Origin: an uncultured Lachnospiraceae bacterium
GTDB taxonomy: Bacteria > Bacillota > Clostridia > Oscillospirales > CAG-272
Length of the DNA stretch: 64,000 nucleotides
Assembly (NCBI GenBank): GCA_964564225.1
Contig: CAZMAF010000001.1
Coordinates: forward strand, 12,980-76,979
Reading direction: 5' to 3'
Position numbers and translations under genes: made by a program. Under the pieces are notes generated by a model, which worked only from the letters and a program-made list of their open reading frames with translations, was not told the DNA's origin and did not search any database. This document shows positions 56,181 through 64,000 of this stretch, in pieces (within the stretch, counting starts at the first letter, position 1; the number at the start of each line of letters is the position of its first letter).

Positions 56181-59100
56181 TTAGTCGATTGATGAGCCGT
56201 AAGGCGTATTGTAGAATGCGTTAAGTGCGATGGCTTCGACAAGCGCCGAGCTGTCGTTGATCAAAACGGTAGCAAGCGCGGTACAATCAGTGAAGATATA
56301 GCTGCCGAATACCGTAGCGTTTGCCAGATTAACGGTGTTGAGCTTGGTGCAGCCTGCGAAAGCGTAGTCTCCAATTTCGGTTGCCGTATTGGTGAAGCTC
56401 GTGAGCAGTACGCATCCCTCAAAGGCGTGTGCGCCGATCTTGGTAACAGTCTTGGGAAGCGTCAGTGTGTTGACCTTGTTCAGACCGGCAAATGCGTAAT
56501 CACCGATTTCACTGATATTCTTTACGGTAACAGCGGTAATGATGGGCGCATAAGCTGACCAAGGCGCGTTTTCCATTGACGTGAAGGAGGGCATTGCGAC
56601 TGCCGTCTCTTCGTCGCATACGATCTCAAGCGTGCCGTTCAGCTTAACGGTAGCGGTGATTTTGCCGTTGGCAAGCGAGAAGGTGGCAATGGCGGTGCTA
56701 AGATTGGAAGCTGCAACGTAGCCGTTCCATTTGCTGTTTTCGTCCAATTCGTAACCTTCAGCCGTCTTGGTGATGGTGAAGTAACAGTAGATCGGTGCGC
56801 CTGCAAGGACGTTGTTGCCGAGAGTAGGCGCATTGCCCGTGAGCTGAATCTTTGCAAGATTTACGCAATTTGCGAAAGCTTCATCGCCGATCGTCTGGAC
56901 GTTGCCATCAAGCTTGATTTCGGTGATGGCGGTGTTCTTGAATGCCTTTGCGCCGATCGTTTCGGGTTTGCTCTTGATTGAAATGGTAGCGAGAGCGGAG
57001 CAGTTTTCAAATGCGGAATCGCCGATGGTCGTACCGTAGATCGTAGCCGAGGTGAGCGATGCACAATCCTTGAAAGCTTCGTTGCCGATTACGGTAACAG
57101 TTGTGGGAAGTGTGACGGTGGTAAGCGCGGTGTTCGTGAAGGCTTTTGCGCCAACCGTTGTAAGCGCGGTGTTTGACGTGAATTTTACGAGCTGTGCGCA
57201 GTTCATAAAGGCTTCGTCTTTAATTTCGGTGATACCCTTCGAGAGTGTAACTTCGGTAAGAGCGGTATTCTTGAATGCGCCGATTCCGATGGTCGTCAGC
57301 TCATCGTTTTGGAGTTCAACGGTTGTCAGATTGATACAATCCGCGAAAGCGTAGTCGCCAATCGAGGTGTTGACCGTATCAAGAGTGATGGTCGTGATTG
57401 CGGTGTGATCGGCAAATGCGTAATTACCGATTCCGGTAACGTTTTTCAGCGTGACCTTGTTGATCTGATGACGGTATGCATACCACGGAACTTCGGATGC
57501 CGAGGCGTAATCGGGAATTGCTACCGAACCGCTGATAACAAGCTCGCCGTTGTATTTCAGCTCTACCGTCAGACCGTCGGGAAGATTGTCAAAATCGTTT
57601 TTAAACACGGACGTGGGTTGGTTGCTGGTTATGTTGTAGCCATTCCATTTGCCGTTTTCATCAACGACGAAGGTGGTGTTGTTCGATGAATATTTGAAGA
57701 ATGTCATTACCATGTCGCTGCTGATGACATTTTTACCGATTACGGGAGCGTCGCCGTTAAAGGTAATGGTAAGAAGCGTTTTGCAGTTAGCAAATGCTTC
57801 GTCGCCGATCTGTTCAACAGACTTGGAAAGAGCAAACGAGGTGATTGACGTACCCTTAAATGCAGAAGCGCCGATTTCTTTCAGCGGTACGCCGGTACCG
57901 ACACCGATCGTAGTGAGCGACGTACAGTTTTCAAATGCTGATGCGCCGATTGATTCAAATGCCGCGCCGAATTTTGCAATAGAGATGGCGGTGTTCATAA
58001 AGGAACGGTTACCAATCGAAACGAGCGTTGCAGGGAAGTTGATTGTAGCAAGGGCGGTACAGCCTTCAAATGCCGATGCGCCGATCGTCGTTATTGTTTC
58101 AGGGAGTGTAACTTCGGTAACTTCGGTATTGCCTTTGAGGAAATTGTTGCCGATGCCGACAACCGTACCGTTTTTGTAGGTTTTGTGGATATTAAGCAAG
58201 GTAGCAGTGCCGTTATAGCCCGTAAGGATATACTGATCGGTCGTACCTGCTTTAAGTTCAGCGGTGAGTTCGTCGTTGCTGGCGTAACCGGAGTGACCGA
58301 GAGAGGTGAAGGTGAGTCCGAGACCGGAAAGATAGGTGTCAACCGCGCCTCCGGTGAAAGCATGAACTTCGGTTGTGGTGACGGGTGTATTCACGCCGTT
58401 TATCTGAACGATGCAGATAGAACCCTTGATGATCTTCGTGATCGTGTCGGGAAGAACGATCTTTTTGATTTTAGGGCAGTTGAGAAAGGCGTTAAGAGCG
58501 AGTTCGGTCGTATAGGGACTGAGCGTTACGTCTTCCAGCGCCGAGCATCCCGAGAAGGCGCCGTTCTGAATAGCGAGCATCGAATCGGGAATGACAATGG
58601 ATTTTAAGGAAGTACAGTAAGTAAAGATAAGCTGAGGAACTGCGGAAAGCGTCGTGCCTTCAGCAAAGGTAAAGCTTTCGAGTGAAGAACAATATGCAAA
58701 TACCGAAATACCAAGCTCGGTAACGCTTGCGGGAAGCGTAAAGCTGCGGAGCGCGGTATACGAGAATGCGCTGGCGCCGATTGCGGTAAGCTCGCCCTCG
58801 ATGTTGACGGTCGCGAGCTTGTCACACTTGAAGAACAAGCGATCGCTGATCTCGGTCAGGGTATCGGGCAGAGTGATTGATTCAAGGCCGGTGCAGTATG
58901 CAAATGCGCCGATGTCGAGCGTTTTGACCTTTTCGGGAAGGGTGACGGTCTTGAGAGCCGAACAGCCGTAGAAGGCATAAGAGCCGATATAGTCGATCTT
59001 TGTGCCGAAAGAAACTTCATTCAGTGAAGAGCAGTTGTAGAACGCATACTTCGGAATATAGGTAATGCTTTCGGGAAGCTTTAATTCGGTAAGCGAGGTG

Positions 59101-59882
59101 CAGTCGTAGAAAGCTCTTTCGCCGATCGCCTTGATGGTATTGCTGAAGGTGAAGGTTTTAAGCGACGAGCAGAAGGAAAAGGCTTCCGCACCGATGGTAG
59201 TGACGGTTGCGGGAATGTCTATGCTTTCAAGCGACGGGCAATGCGCGAAGGTCTGGTTCTTGATTGCGGTGATATTCGCAGGCAACTTGACCGATTTCAA
59301 CGATACGCAGTTGTAGAAGGTATCGTCGCCCATCGTGGTAACCGAGTCAGGAAGGACAATGGTTGTCAATGCTTCACAGAAACGGAAAGCACCGTCATTC
59401 ATTGTGGTAAGCGTTGAGGGGAGCGATACATCGGTAAGGTTACGGCAGCTATAAAATACGTCGTGACCGAGTGCTACGATTCCTTCGCTGACGGTGATCT
59501 TGGTTGCCGTCAGATCTCTGAGCGCAGAGTTTCCGATCTGCGTTACGTTAACGGCGCCCGATTTGATTGTCGAGGGAATTACAATTTCGGTATCTTTTCC
59601 CGTATAAGAAAGAAGCTTAGCGTGATCGGCAAAGACCATATAGGTGAAGTCGCCTTCAACATATTCCGGTTCGACGGCTTCGCTTGACTTATTACCGAAT
59701 TCGTCAGTCGTTGCGTAGACGACCGGTGACGTTGCGGTGGTAGTTAACGTACTGCCGCTATCCGTCGTGCTGACGGTTTGACTGGTTGTGGTTTGGACAG
59801 AGCTGATCGGATCTTCGCCGCAAGCGGTGATCGCTGCAACGATGAGGACGAGCATTGCCAAAAGGACGATGAGTTTCTTCAT
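56181..59882 (-). CDS. Large surface lipoprotein with BspA-type leucine-rich repeats
   Basis: 1233 aa. Signal peptide with lipobox (LIVAAITAC), a Thr/Ser-rich linker, then dozens of ~23-aa units of the type LxxVxLPxxVTxIGxxAFxxCxxL. Confidence 0.85.
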   Translation of the reverse strand: MKKLIVLLAMLVLIVAAITACGEDPISSVQTTTSQTVSTTDSGSTLTTTATSPVVYATTDEFGNKSSEAVEPEYVEGDFTYMVFADHAKLLSYTGKDTEIVIPSTIKSGAVNVTQIGNSALRDLTATKITVSEGIVALGHDVFYSCRNLTDVSLPSTLTTMNDGAFRFCEALTTIVLPDSVTTMGDDTFYNCVSLKSVKLPANITAIKNQTFAHCPSLESIDIPATVTTIGAEAFSFCSSLKTFTFSNTIKAIGERAFYDCTSLTELKLPESITYIPKYAFYNCSSLNEVSFGTKIDYIGSYAFYGCSALKTVTLPEKVKTLDIGAFAYCTGLESITLPDTLTEISDRLFFKCDKLATVNIEGELTAIGASAFSYTALRSFTLPASVTELGISVFAYCSSLESFTFAEGTTLSAVPQLIFTYCTSLKSIVIPDSMLAIQNGAFSGCSALEDVTLSPYTTELALNAFLNCPKIKKIVLPDTITKIIKGSICIVQINGVNTPVTTTEVHAFTGGAVDTYLSGLGLTFTSLGHSGYASNDELTAELKAGTTDQYILTGYNGTATLLNIHKTYKNGTVVGIGNNFLKGNTEVTEVTLPETITTIGASAFEGCTALATINFPATLVSIGNRSFMNTAISIAKFGAAFESIGASAFENCTSLTTIGVGTGVPLKEIGASAFKGTSITSFALSKSVEQIGDEAFANCKTLLTITFNGDAPVIGKNVISSDMVMTFFKYSSNNTTFVVDENGKWNGYNITSNQPTSVFKNDFDNLPDGLTVELKYNGELVISGSVAIPDYASASEVPWYAYRHQINKVTLKNVTGIGNYAFADHTAITTITLDTVNTSIGDYAFADCINLTTVELQNDELTTIGIGAFKNTALTEVTLSKGITEIKDEAFMNCAQLVKFTSNTALTTVGAKAFTNTALTTVTLPTTVTVIGNEAFKDCASLTSATIYGTTIGDSAFENCSALATISIKSKPETIGAKAFKNTAITEIKLDGNVQTIGDEAFANCVNLAKIQLTGNAPTLGNNVLAGAPIYCYFTITKTAEGYELDENSKWNGYVAASNLSTAIATFSLANGKITATVKLNGTLEIVCDEETAVAMPSFTSMENAPWSAYAPIITAVTVKNISEIGDYAFAGLNKVNTLTLPKTVTKIGAHAFEGCVLLTSFTNTATEIGDYAFAGCTKLNTVNLANATVFGSYIFTDCTALATVLINDSSALVEAIALNAFYNTPYGSSID

Positions 59883-59925
59883 ATCTTTTTCCCATTTCTC
59901 CGCCGATGGATTCAGTTGTCTTCAA

Positions 59926-59953
59926 AAGACACCCGGCGGGAGTGTCTTTTTTT
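59926..59953. terminator. Terminator-like hairpin inside the LRR gene leader
   Basis: AAGACAC-ccggcggga-GTGTCTT, flanked by A7 and T-rich runs. It lies between the candidate promoter and the LRR start codon. Confidence 0.4.
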
Positions 59954-60020
59954 GTTGTAGCGGATTCGGAATTTTACGCCTTAACCGCTTTGAAACGACA
60001 TAGGTCTGCATCATAGGTTT

Positions 60021-60050
60021 ATTATACTATAAATATAATGATTTTGTCAA
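60021..60050 (-). promoter_or_regulatory. Candidate promoter of the LRR lipoprotein gene
   Basis: On the minus strand, TTGACA-18 nt-TATAAT. Confidence 0.5.
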
Positions 60051-60083
60051 GGTCAAATTGTGCTTTTTTGTATAAAAATACTC

Positions 60084-60112
60084 TTGACAAAGGAGTTTTT
60101 TTATCATATAAT
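60084..60112 (+). promoter_or_regulatory. Promoter of the TPP riboswitch-thiT unit
   Basis: TTGACA-17 nt-TATAAT. Confidence 0.75.
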
Positions 60113-60126
60113 AACAATGTCGAAAA

Positions 60127-60285
60127 TATAGTCGGGGGTGCTTTACGCTGAGACGGCTTTTTGCCGAACCCCAATAACCTGATGCGGATAATGCCGCCGT
60201 AGGAAGATTATACTCTTTTCGGGAAATTTCGTTTTAAGCTTACGAAACCGGTAGATTCTTCCACGGCTTTTGCCGTGGTTTTTTT
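60127..60285 (+). promoter_or_regulatory. TPP (THI-box) riboswitch with terminator expression platform
   Basis: GGGGUGC...GCUGAGA...ACCC...AACCUGAUGCGGAUAAUGCCGCCGUAGGAA (60127-60212), then the CCACGGC-tttt-GCCGTGG hairpin with T7 (60261-60285). Confidence 0.9.
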
Positions 60286-60339
60286 GTTTTTCTTCACGTG
60301 GGAAAAACGGTTTTCGACAGAACGAATTTAAAAGAAAGG

Positions 60340-60948
60340 ATGGTTTTTGACGTGAAAGACAGACAAAAGTTGCAAAGGCTTTGTGAATGTGCGATGCTGG
60401 TGGCGCTTGCTACCGTTTTGTCCTTCGTAAAGCTTTACGAAGCGCCTCTCGGCGGCGCGGTTACGCTTTTTTCGATGGTGCCCATTCTGATGTGCGGTTT
60501 CGTATACGGTGTTAAGGCGGGCTTTGCCGCAGCCTTTGTATACAGTTTGATGCAGCTCATTTTCGGTATCGGAACGGTCGCTTACGTACCCGATCCCATC
60601 GGTGTCATTGTGTGTATTTTTCTTGACTATCTTCTTCCGTTTACGTTGCTTGGCGTGGCGGGCTTTTTCAAGAAATTACAGATCAATCCATACGTTAAAG
60701 TGACACTCGGCTCGCTTGCGGCACTTCTTCTGCGCTTTGCCTCGCATTTTGTGGGCGGCGCGTGGATCTGGTATCAGATTACGAAGGACGGCGCTTGGAA
60801 CGATTACGTTTTCCGTTATGGAAGATGGGCGTATTCGCTGATTTATAATGCATGGTACATGCTTCCTGAGAGTCTTCTGTGTCTGATTGCCGTACCGGCA
60901 ACGGTTGCGCTCATGCGTGTGATCTGGGGCAAGCGGATCGACAGCTGA
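60340..60948 (+). CDS. thiT: Thiamine ECF transporter S component ThiT-like
   Basis: Six-helix membrane protein directly behind the TPP riboswitch. The start is uncertain: GTG 60298, ATG 60340 or GTG 60352. Confidence 0.75.
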   Translation: MVFDVKDRQKLQRLCECAMLVALATVLSFVKLYEAPLGGAVTLFSMVPILMCGFVYGVKAGFAAAFVYSLMQLIFGIGTVAYVPDPIGVIVCIFLDYLLPFTLLGVAGFFKKLQINPYVKVTLGSLAALLLRFASHFVGGAWIWYQITKDGAWNDYVFRYGRWAYSLIYNAWYMLPESLLCLIAVPATVALMRVIWGKRIDS

Positions 60949-60967
60949 AGGACAAAACGTAAAAAAG

Positions 60968-61005
60968 AAAGCCATCGGAAAATGCGCATTTCCGATGGCT
61001 TTTTT
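60968..61005. terminator. Bidirectional terminator (thiT / SGNH gene)
   Basis: AAAGCCATCGGAAA-atgcgc-ATTTCCGATGGCTTTTTT. Confidence 0.8.
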
Positions 61006-61007
61006 GA

Positions 61008-61631
61008 TTATTTCAGTGATTCGATTATGGGGGAAATCGTATCGAGATAATAGCCGGCGATCAATTTAGCTCCTGCTTCGGTGGGATGAACACCGTCAGC
61101 CGCCCAGTAGGTGGGTGTTTGTTCGATTGATGCTTTGGCAAAAAGACCGTCCATTGGAATGTAGGCGTCGGCAAATTCGCGCGCAAGCTTTCTTGTGATT
61201 TCGATCTTGGGGGCGAGGTCTTCGCGGAAATATGCTTTATCGGGCGTGTAGAGAAGGAACTGTTCGATCATAATGATCTTGGCGTGCGTTTTTTCCTTAA
61301 GCATCGTCAGAATTGAGCGGTAGCAGTTTTCAAAATAGCTGTTTTTCATCCAGTTATCGTCAGCGCCTGCGTTGTGCCACGTGTCGTTAACGCCGATGAG
61401 GATTGAAATGATGTCGGGATCGTGTGCGATGGCATCGTTTTCCCAACGGGCGAGGAGGTTTTCCGCGCGGTTGCCGCTGATGCCCTGATTGATAAATTCA
61501 AAGTCGATATCGGGATATTTTTCCGCAATCAGCTCTGCCGAAAATTTGGCATAGCCTTTGCCGAGCGAGTGAATGTCGTTCCGATCTCTGTGACAGTCGG
61601 TAATGCTGTCGCCCTGGAATAAAATTTTCAT
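61008..61631 (-). CDS. SGNH/GDSL family hydrolase
   Basis: 207 aa. Block I FQGDSITD, block III GxND (IGVNDTW), and a C-terminal DGVHPT. Confidence 0.85.
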   Translation of the reverse strand: MKILFQGDSITDCHRDRNDIHSLGKGYAKFSAELIAEKYPDIDFEFINQGISGNRAENLLARWENDAIAHDPDIISILIGVNDTWHNAGADDNWMKNSYFENCYRSILTMLKEKTHAKIIMIEQFLLYTPDKAYFREDLAPKIEITRKLAREFADAYIPMDGLFAKASIEQTPTYWAADGVHPTEAGAKLIAGYYLDTISPIIESLK

Positions 61632-61759
61632 AAGAATGCTCCTTTGTAATCTTTGGTGTTCGATTTTCTTTTATTATAGCACAGGCAATTGTCATTATCA
61701 ATGTGGTTTTTCTACAAAAGATTTTTTATTTTTTGTGCAAAAGAGCGAAAAAACAGATA

Positions 61760-61788
61760 TTGACAAATGACAAAGTTTATAATATAAT
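61760..61788 (+). promoter_or_regulatory. Promoter of the AMP-ligase/ACP pair
   Basis: TTGACA-17 nt-TATAAT. Confidence 0.7.
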
Positions 61789-61844
61789 GGGAGTAATAAG
61801 ATGGATGAATGTGCTATCTTTTACAAGGAAAGGAAGAACACTAT

Positions 61845-63545
61845 ATGAAAAAAAACGCTTTCAAAGATAAAATTATCACCGATCTGCGTCATTTGGTTGT
61901 ATCCAGCGCGGAGCTTTATGGCGATAAACCTCGATATATCTATAAAGAAAAGCGCGAGGAAAAAACGTTTACTTATAACGACTTTTTAAATTCCATGAAC
62001 AATTTCGGTACGGCGCTTTCAAAGCTCGGACTTGCGGGTAAGACGGTTGCTGTTATCGGCGAAACGCATCCTGCGTATGTTGTAGCTTATTTTGCCGTTG
62101 CTAACGGTAACGGTATGATCGTACCGCTTGACAAGGAAATCAACGATGAGGAGCTTGTGAATTTCCTGCATCGCTCACGTTCTGAGGCAATCGTTTATAC
62201 CGAGATTATGAACGAGAGAATCATGTCGATCGCCGACAAGGTTCCCGCAATCAAATGCTTTATTCCGATTACGCCTCGCGAGAACGATCTTGCCGATGAG
62301 CGTGTGAAGTCGTGGACTGAACTTCAACAGCTCGGCGAGGCAGCGCTTGGCGAGGGCGATCGTAGCTATCTTGATATCAAGCTTGATCTCGAAAAACCCT
62401 GCGCGCTTCTATTTACTTCGGGTACGACGGGTACAAGTAAGGGCATTCTGCTTTCGCAGAACAATCTTACTGCCGCTACCAATTCCTCTTGTCTTTCGAT
62501 GCATCATATCAACGATACGACGAGACTCATTTCGGTTCTGCCGATCAACCATACTTACGAAATGACCTGCGGTCACCTTGCTGCTATGAATAAGGGCGCT
62601 GTGACCTTCATCAACGATTCGATCAAGTACGTTACCAAGAATCTGGCATCCTTTAAGCCGACCGCCGTTCCGTTTGTTCCTCTTTTTGTAGAGACTCTTT
62701 ATAAGAGAATCTGGGATAATATTGAAAAGCAGGGCAAGACGGAGAAGGTCAGAAAGGCGATCAAGATTTCAAACGGTCTTCGCCGCGTGGGTATCGACCT
62801 TCGCAAGAAGTTCTTTGGACAGATTCTTTCGGTCTTTGGCGGTGAGCTTGAAAGTATTATCTGCGGCGGCGCGCCCCTTGACCAGCGTCTGATCGACGAT
62901 TTTGAAGCCTTTGGTATTCCGATCCTGAACGGCTATGGTATCACCGAATGTGCGCCTCTTGTTGCCGTTAACAGACTTGGCAAACAGCGCGCGGGTACGG
63001 TGGGTACTGCGGTTGAAAACTGCGAGATCAAGGTTATCCTCGACGAAGGTCAGGATACCGGTGAAATTCTTGTTAAGGGCGGAAACGTCATGCTGGGCTA
63101 TTTTGAGGACGAAGAAGCTACCGCTGCCGTTTTCACGGAGGACGGTTGGTTCAAGACGGGTGACGTCGGTTTCCTTGATGAAGACGGTTATCTTCACATC
63201 ACCGGCAGAAAGAAGAATATTATCATTCTTTCTAACGGCAAGAACATTTATCCCGAAGAGATCGAGCAGTACCTTGCGCCCATTCCGCTCATCGCGGAAT
63301 CGGTTGTCGTCGGCAGAAAGAACGCTGTCGGCGAGGTCGTGATCACGGCTCTCGTATATCCCAATCAGGATATGGTAGAGGCTGAAGGTCTTTCGAAGGA
63401 AGACGTTTATACGAAGCTGAAGGAAGCCATTAACGAGGTCAACAAAGGTCTGCCTGTCTTCAAGCAGATTCACGATCTTGAGGTTCGTGATACTGAATTT
63501 GAAAAGACCACCACCAAAAAGATCAAGCGCTATAAAGTGCAGTAA
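61845..63545 (+). CDS. Long-chain-type AMP-dependent acyl-CoA/acyl-ACP synthetase
   Basis: Start moved to ATG 61845. Motifs FTSGTTGTSKG, GYGITE, TGD and GRKKNIIILSNGKNIYPEE. Confidence 0.85.
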   Translation: MKKNAFKDKIITDLRHLVVSSAELYGDKPRYIYKEKREEKTFTYNDFLNSMNNFGTALSKLGLAGKTVAVIGETHPAYVVAYFAVANGNGMIVPLDKEINDEELVNFLHRSRSEAIVYTEIMNERIMSIADKVPAIKCFIPITPRENDLADERVKSWTELQQLGEAALGEGDRSYLDIKLDLEKPCALLFTSGTTGTSKGILLSQNNLTAATNSSCLSMHHINDTTRLISVLPINHTYEMTCGHLAAMNKGAVTFINDSIKYVTKNLASFKPTAVPFVPLFVETLYKRIWDNIEKQGKTEKVRKAIKISNGLRRVGIDLRKKFFGQILSVFGGELESIICGGAPLDQRLIDDFEAFGIPILNGYGITECAPLVAVNRLGKQRAGTVGTAVENCEIKVILDEGQDTGEILVKGGNVMLGYFEDEEATAAVFTEDGWFKTGDVGFLDEDGYLHITGRKKNIIILSNGKNIYPEEIEQYLAPIPLIAESVVVGRKNAVGEVVITALVYPNQDMVEAEGLSKEDVYTKLKEAINEVNKGLPVFKQIHDLEVRDTEFEKTTTKKIKRYKVQ

Positions 63546-63576
63546 TCTATAAATATTATTTTAGGAGTTTATTACT

Positions 63577-63801
63577 ATGTTTGAACGCATTAAGAAAATC
63601 CTTGTAGACGATCTTCATGTTGAAGGTGCAGAAATCACCATGGAGGCTGAACTGATCAACGATCTTGGTATCAACTCGCTCGAGCTTGCAGATCTCATCT
63701 GCGCTTGCGAAGAGGAATTTGATCTTGAGATTGATGACGACGATCTCCGCAACTTTATTACGGTGGGCGACGTTGTTAAGTATCTTGAAGAAAACGCATA
63801 A
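63577..63801 (+). CDS. Acyl carrier protein
   Basis: 74 aa, acidic. Contains LGINSLELADL (phosphopantetheine Ser in a D/N-S-L context). Confidence 0.9.
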   Translation: MFERIKKILVDDLHVEGAEITMEAELINDLGINSLELADLICACEEEFDLEIDDDDLRNFITVGDVVKYLEENA

Positions 63802-63821
63802 TAACAGAGTTTAACGTCCTG

Positions 63822-63855
63822 AAAGTCCTTTGTCATTTTGACAGGGGACTTTTTG
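63822..63855 (+). terminator. Terminator after the ACP gene
   Basis: AGTCC..GTCA-ttt-TGAC..GGACT followed by TTTTT. Confidence 0.6.
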
Positions 63856-63874
63856 CGTGGGAGTAAAAAACATT

Positions 63875-63913
63875 CAAGGGGAAGACCTTTTTTCAAAAAA
63901 GGTCTTCCCCTTG
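63875..63913. terminator. 19-nt-arm perfect palindrome, probably the terminator of a minus-strand gene beyond the window edge
   Basis: CAAGGGGAAGACCTTTTTT-ca-AAAAAAGGTCTTCCCCTTG. The T run follows it on the minus strand. Confidence 0.5.
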
Positions 63914-64000
63914 ACGTTATATTTTAATATCATTTTCCCGAAATCACGATGTCTGAAAAGGCAATGGAGGGAAGGACGGAGCTTCCGTTTTCGGTTGTTT

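Noticed and set aside
56181-59882. Highly periodic sequence that might suggest a DNA repeat array or CRISPR.
   Set aside because: The periodicity is at the protein level (~23-aa LRR units inside one long ORF with a signal peptide). The nucleotide units are divergent and there are no spacer-like unique segments.
63914-64000. Possible 3' end of a minus-strand gene at the window edge (one frame reads ...ENGSSVLPSIAFSDIVISGK-stop).
   Set aside because: Less than 90 nt is available, and two frames are open with different stops, so the frame and product cannot be decided. Only the palindromic terminator at 63875-63913 supports a gene there.

Overview
This is a 64-kb chromosomal segment from a spore-forming member of the Clostridia, probably a gut commensal. 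That placement is an inference from three things: the yqfC-yqfD-phoH-ybeY-era-recO and yabM-mazG-yabO-yabP-yabQ-divIC synteny blocks, a bile-salt-hydrolase-family gene, and a BspA-type LRR lipoprotein. The window holds about 60 tightly packed genes, most of them core housekeeping: metG, prs, era, recO, mutS2, nadE, a split transketolase, pduL, cdaA-cdaR, recJ, relA, dtd and a perR-rubrerythrin pair. It also contains three tRNAs (Tyr-GUA, Thr-UGU, Thr-GGU), a TPP riboswitch ahead of thiT, a T-box leader, and many sigma-A promoters with TTGACA-17-TATAAT spacing and bidirectional hairpin terminators. I saw no CRISPR array, transposase, integrase or phage genes. The main leads are: (1) a monocistronic 1006-aa tandem-TIR/Sel1/TPR protein with its own promoter and terminator, sitting between perR-rbr and tkt; (2) a T-box operon, apparently Leu-specific, that encodes a catalytically degenerate isopropylmalate-synthase paralog and a TIM-barrel::acyl-CoA-ligase fusion; (3) several structured non-coding regions I could not assign, located next to the tRNA loci, in a roughly 420-nt leader ahead of an ECF S-component, and between tkt and pduL. 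All calls come from reading the sequence and translations by eye. No database search or RNA folding was run.
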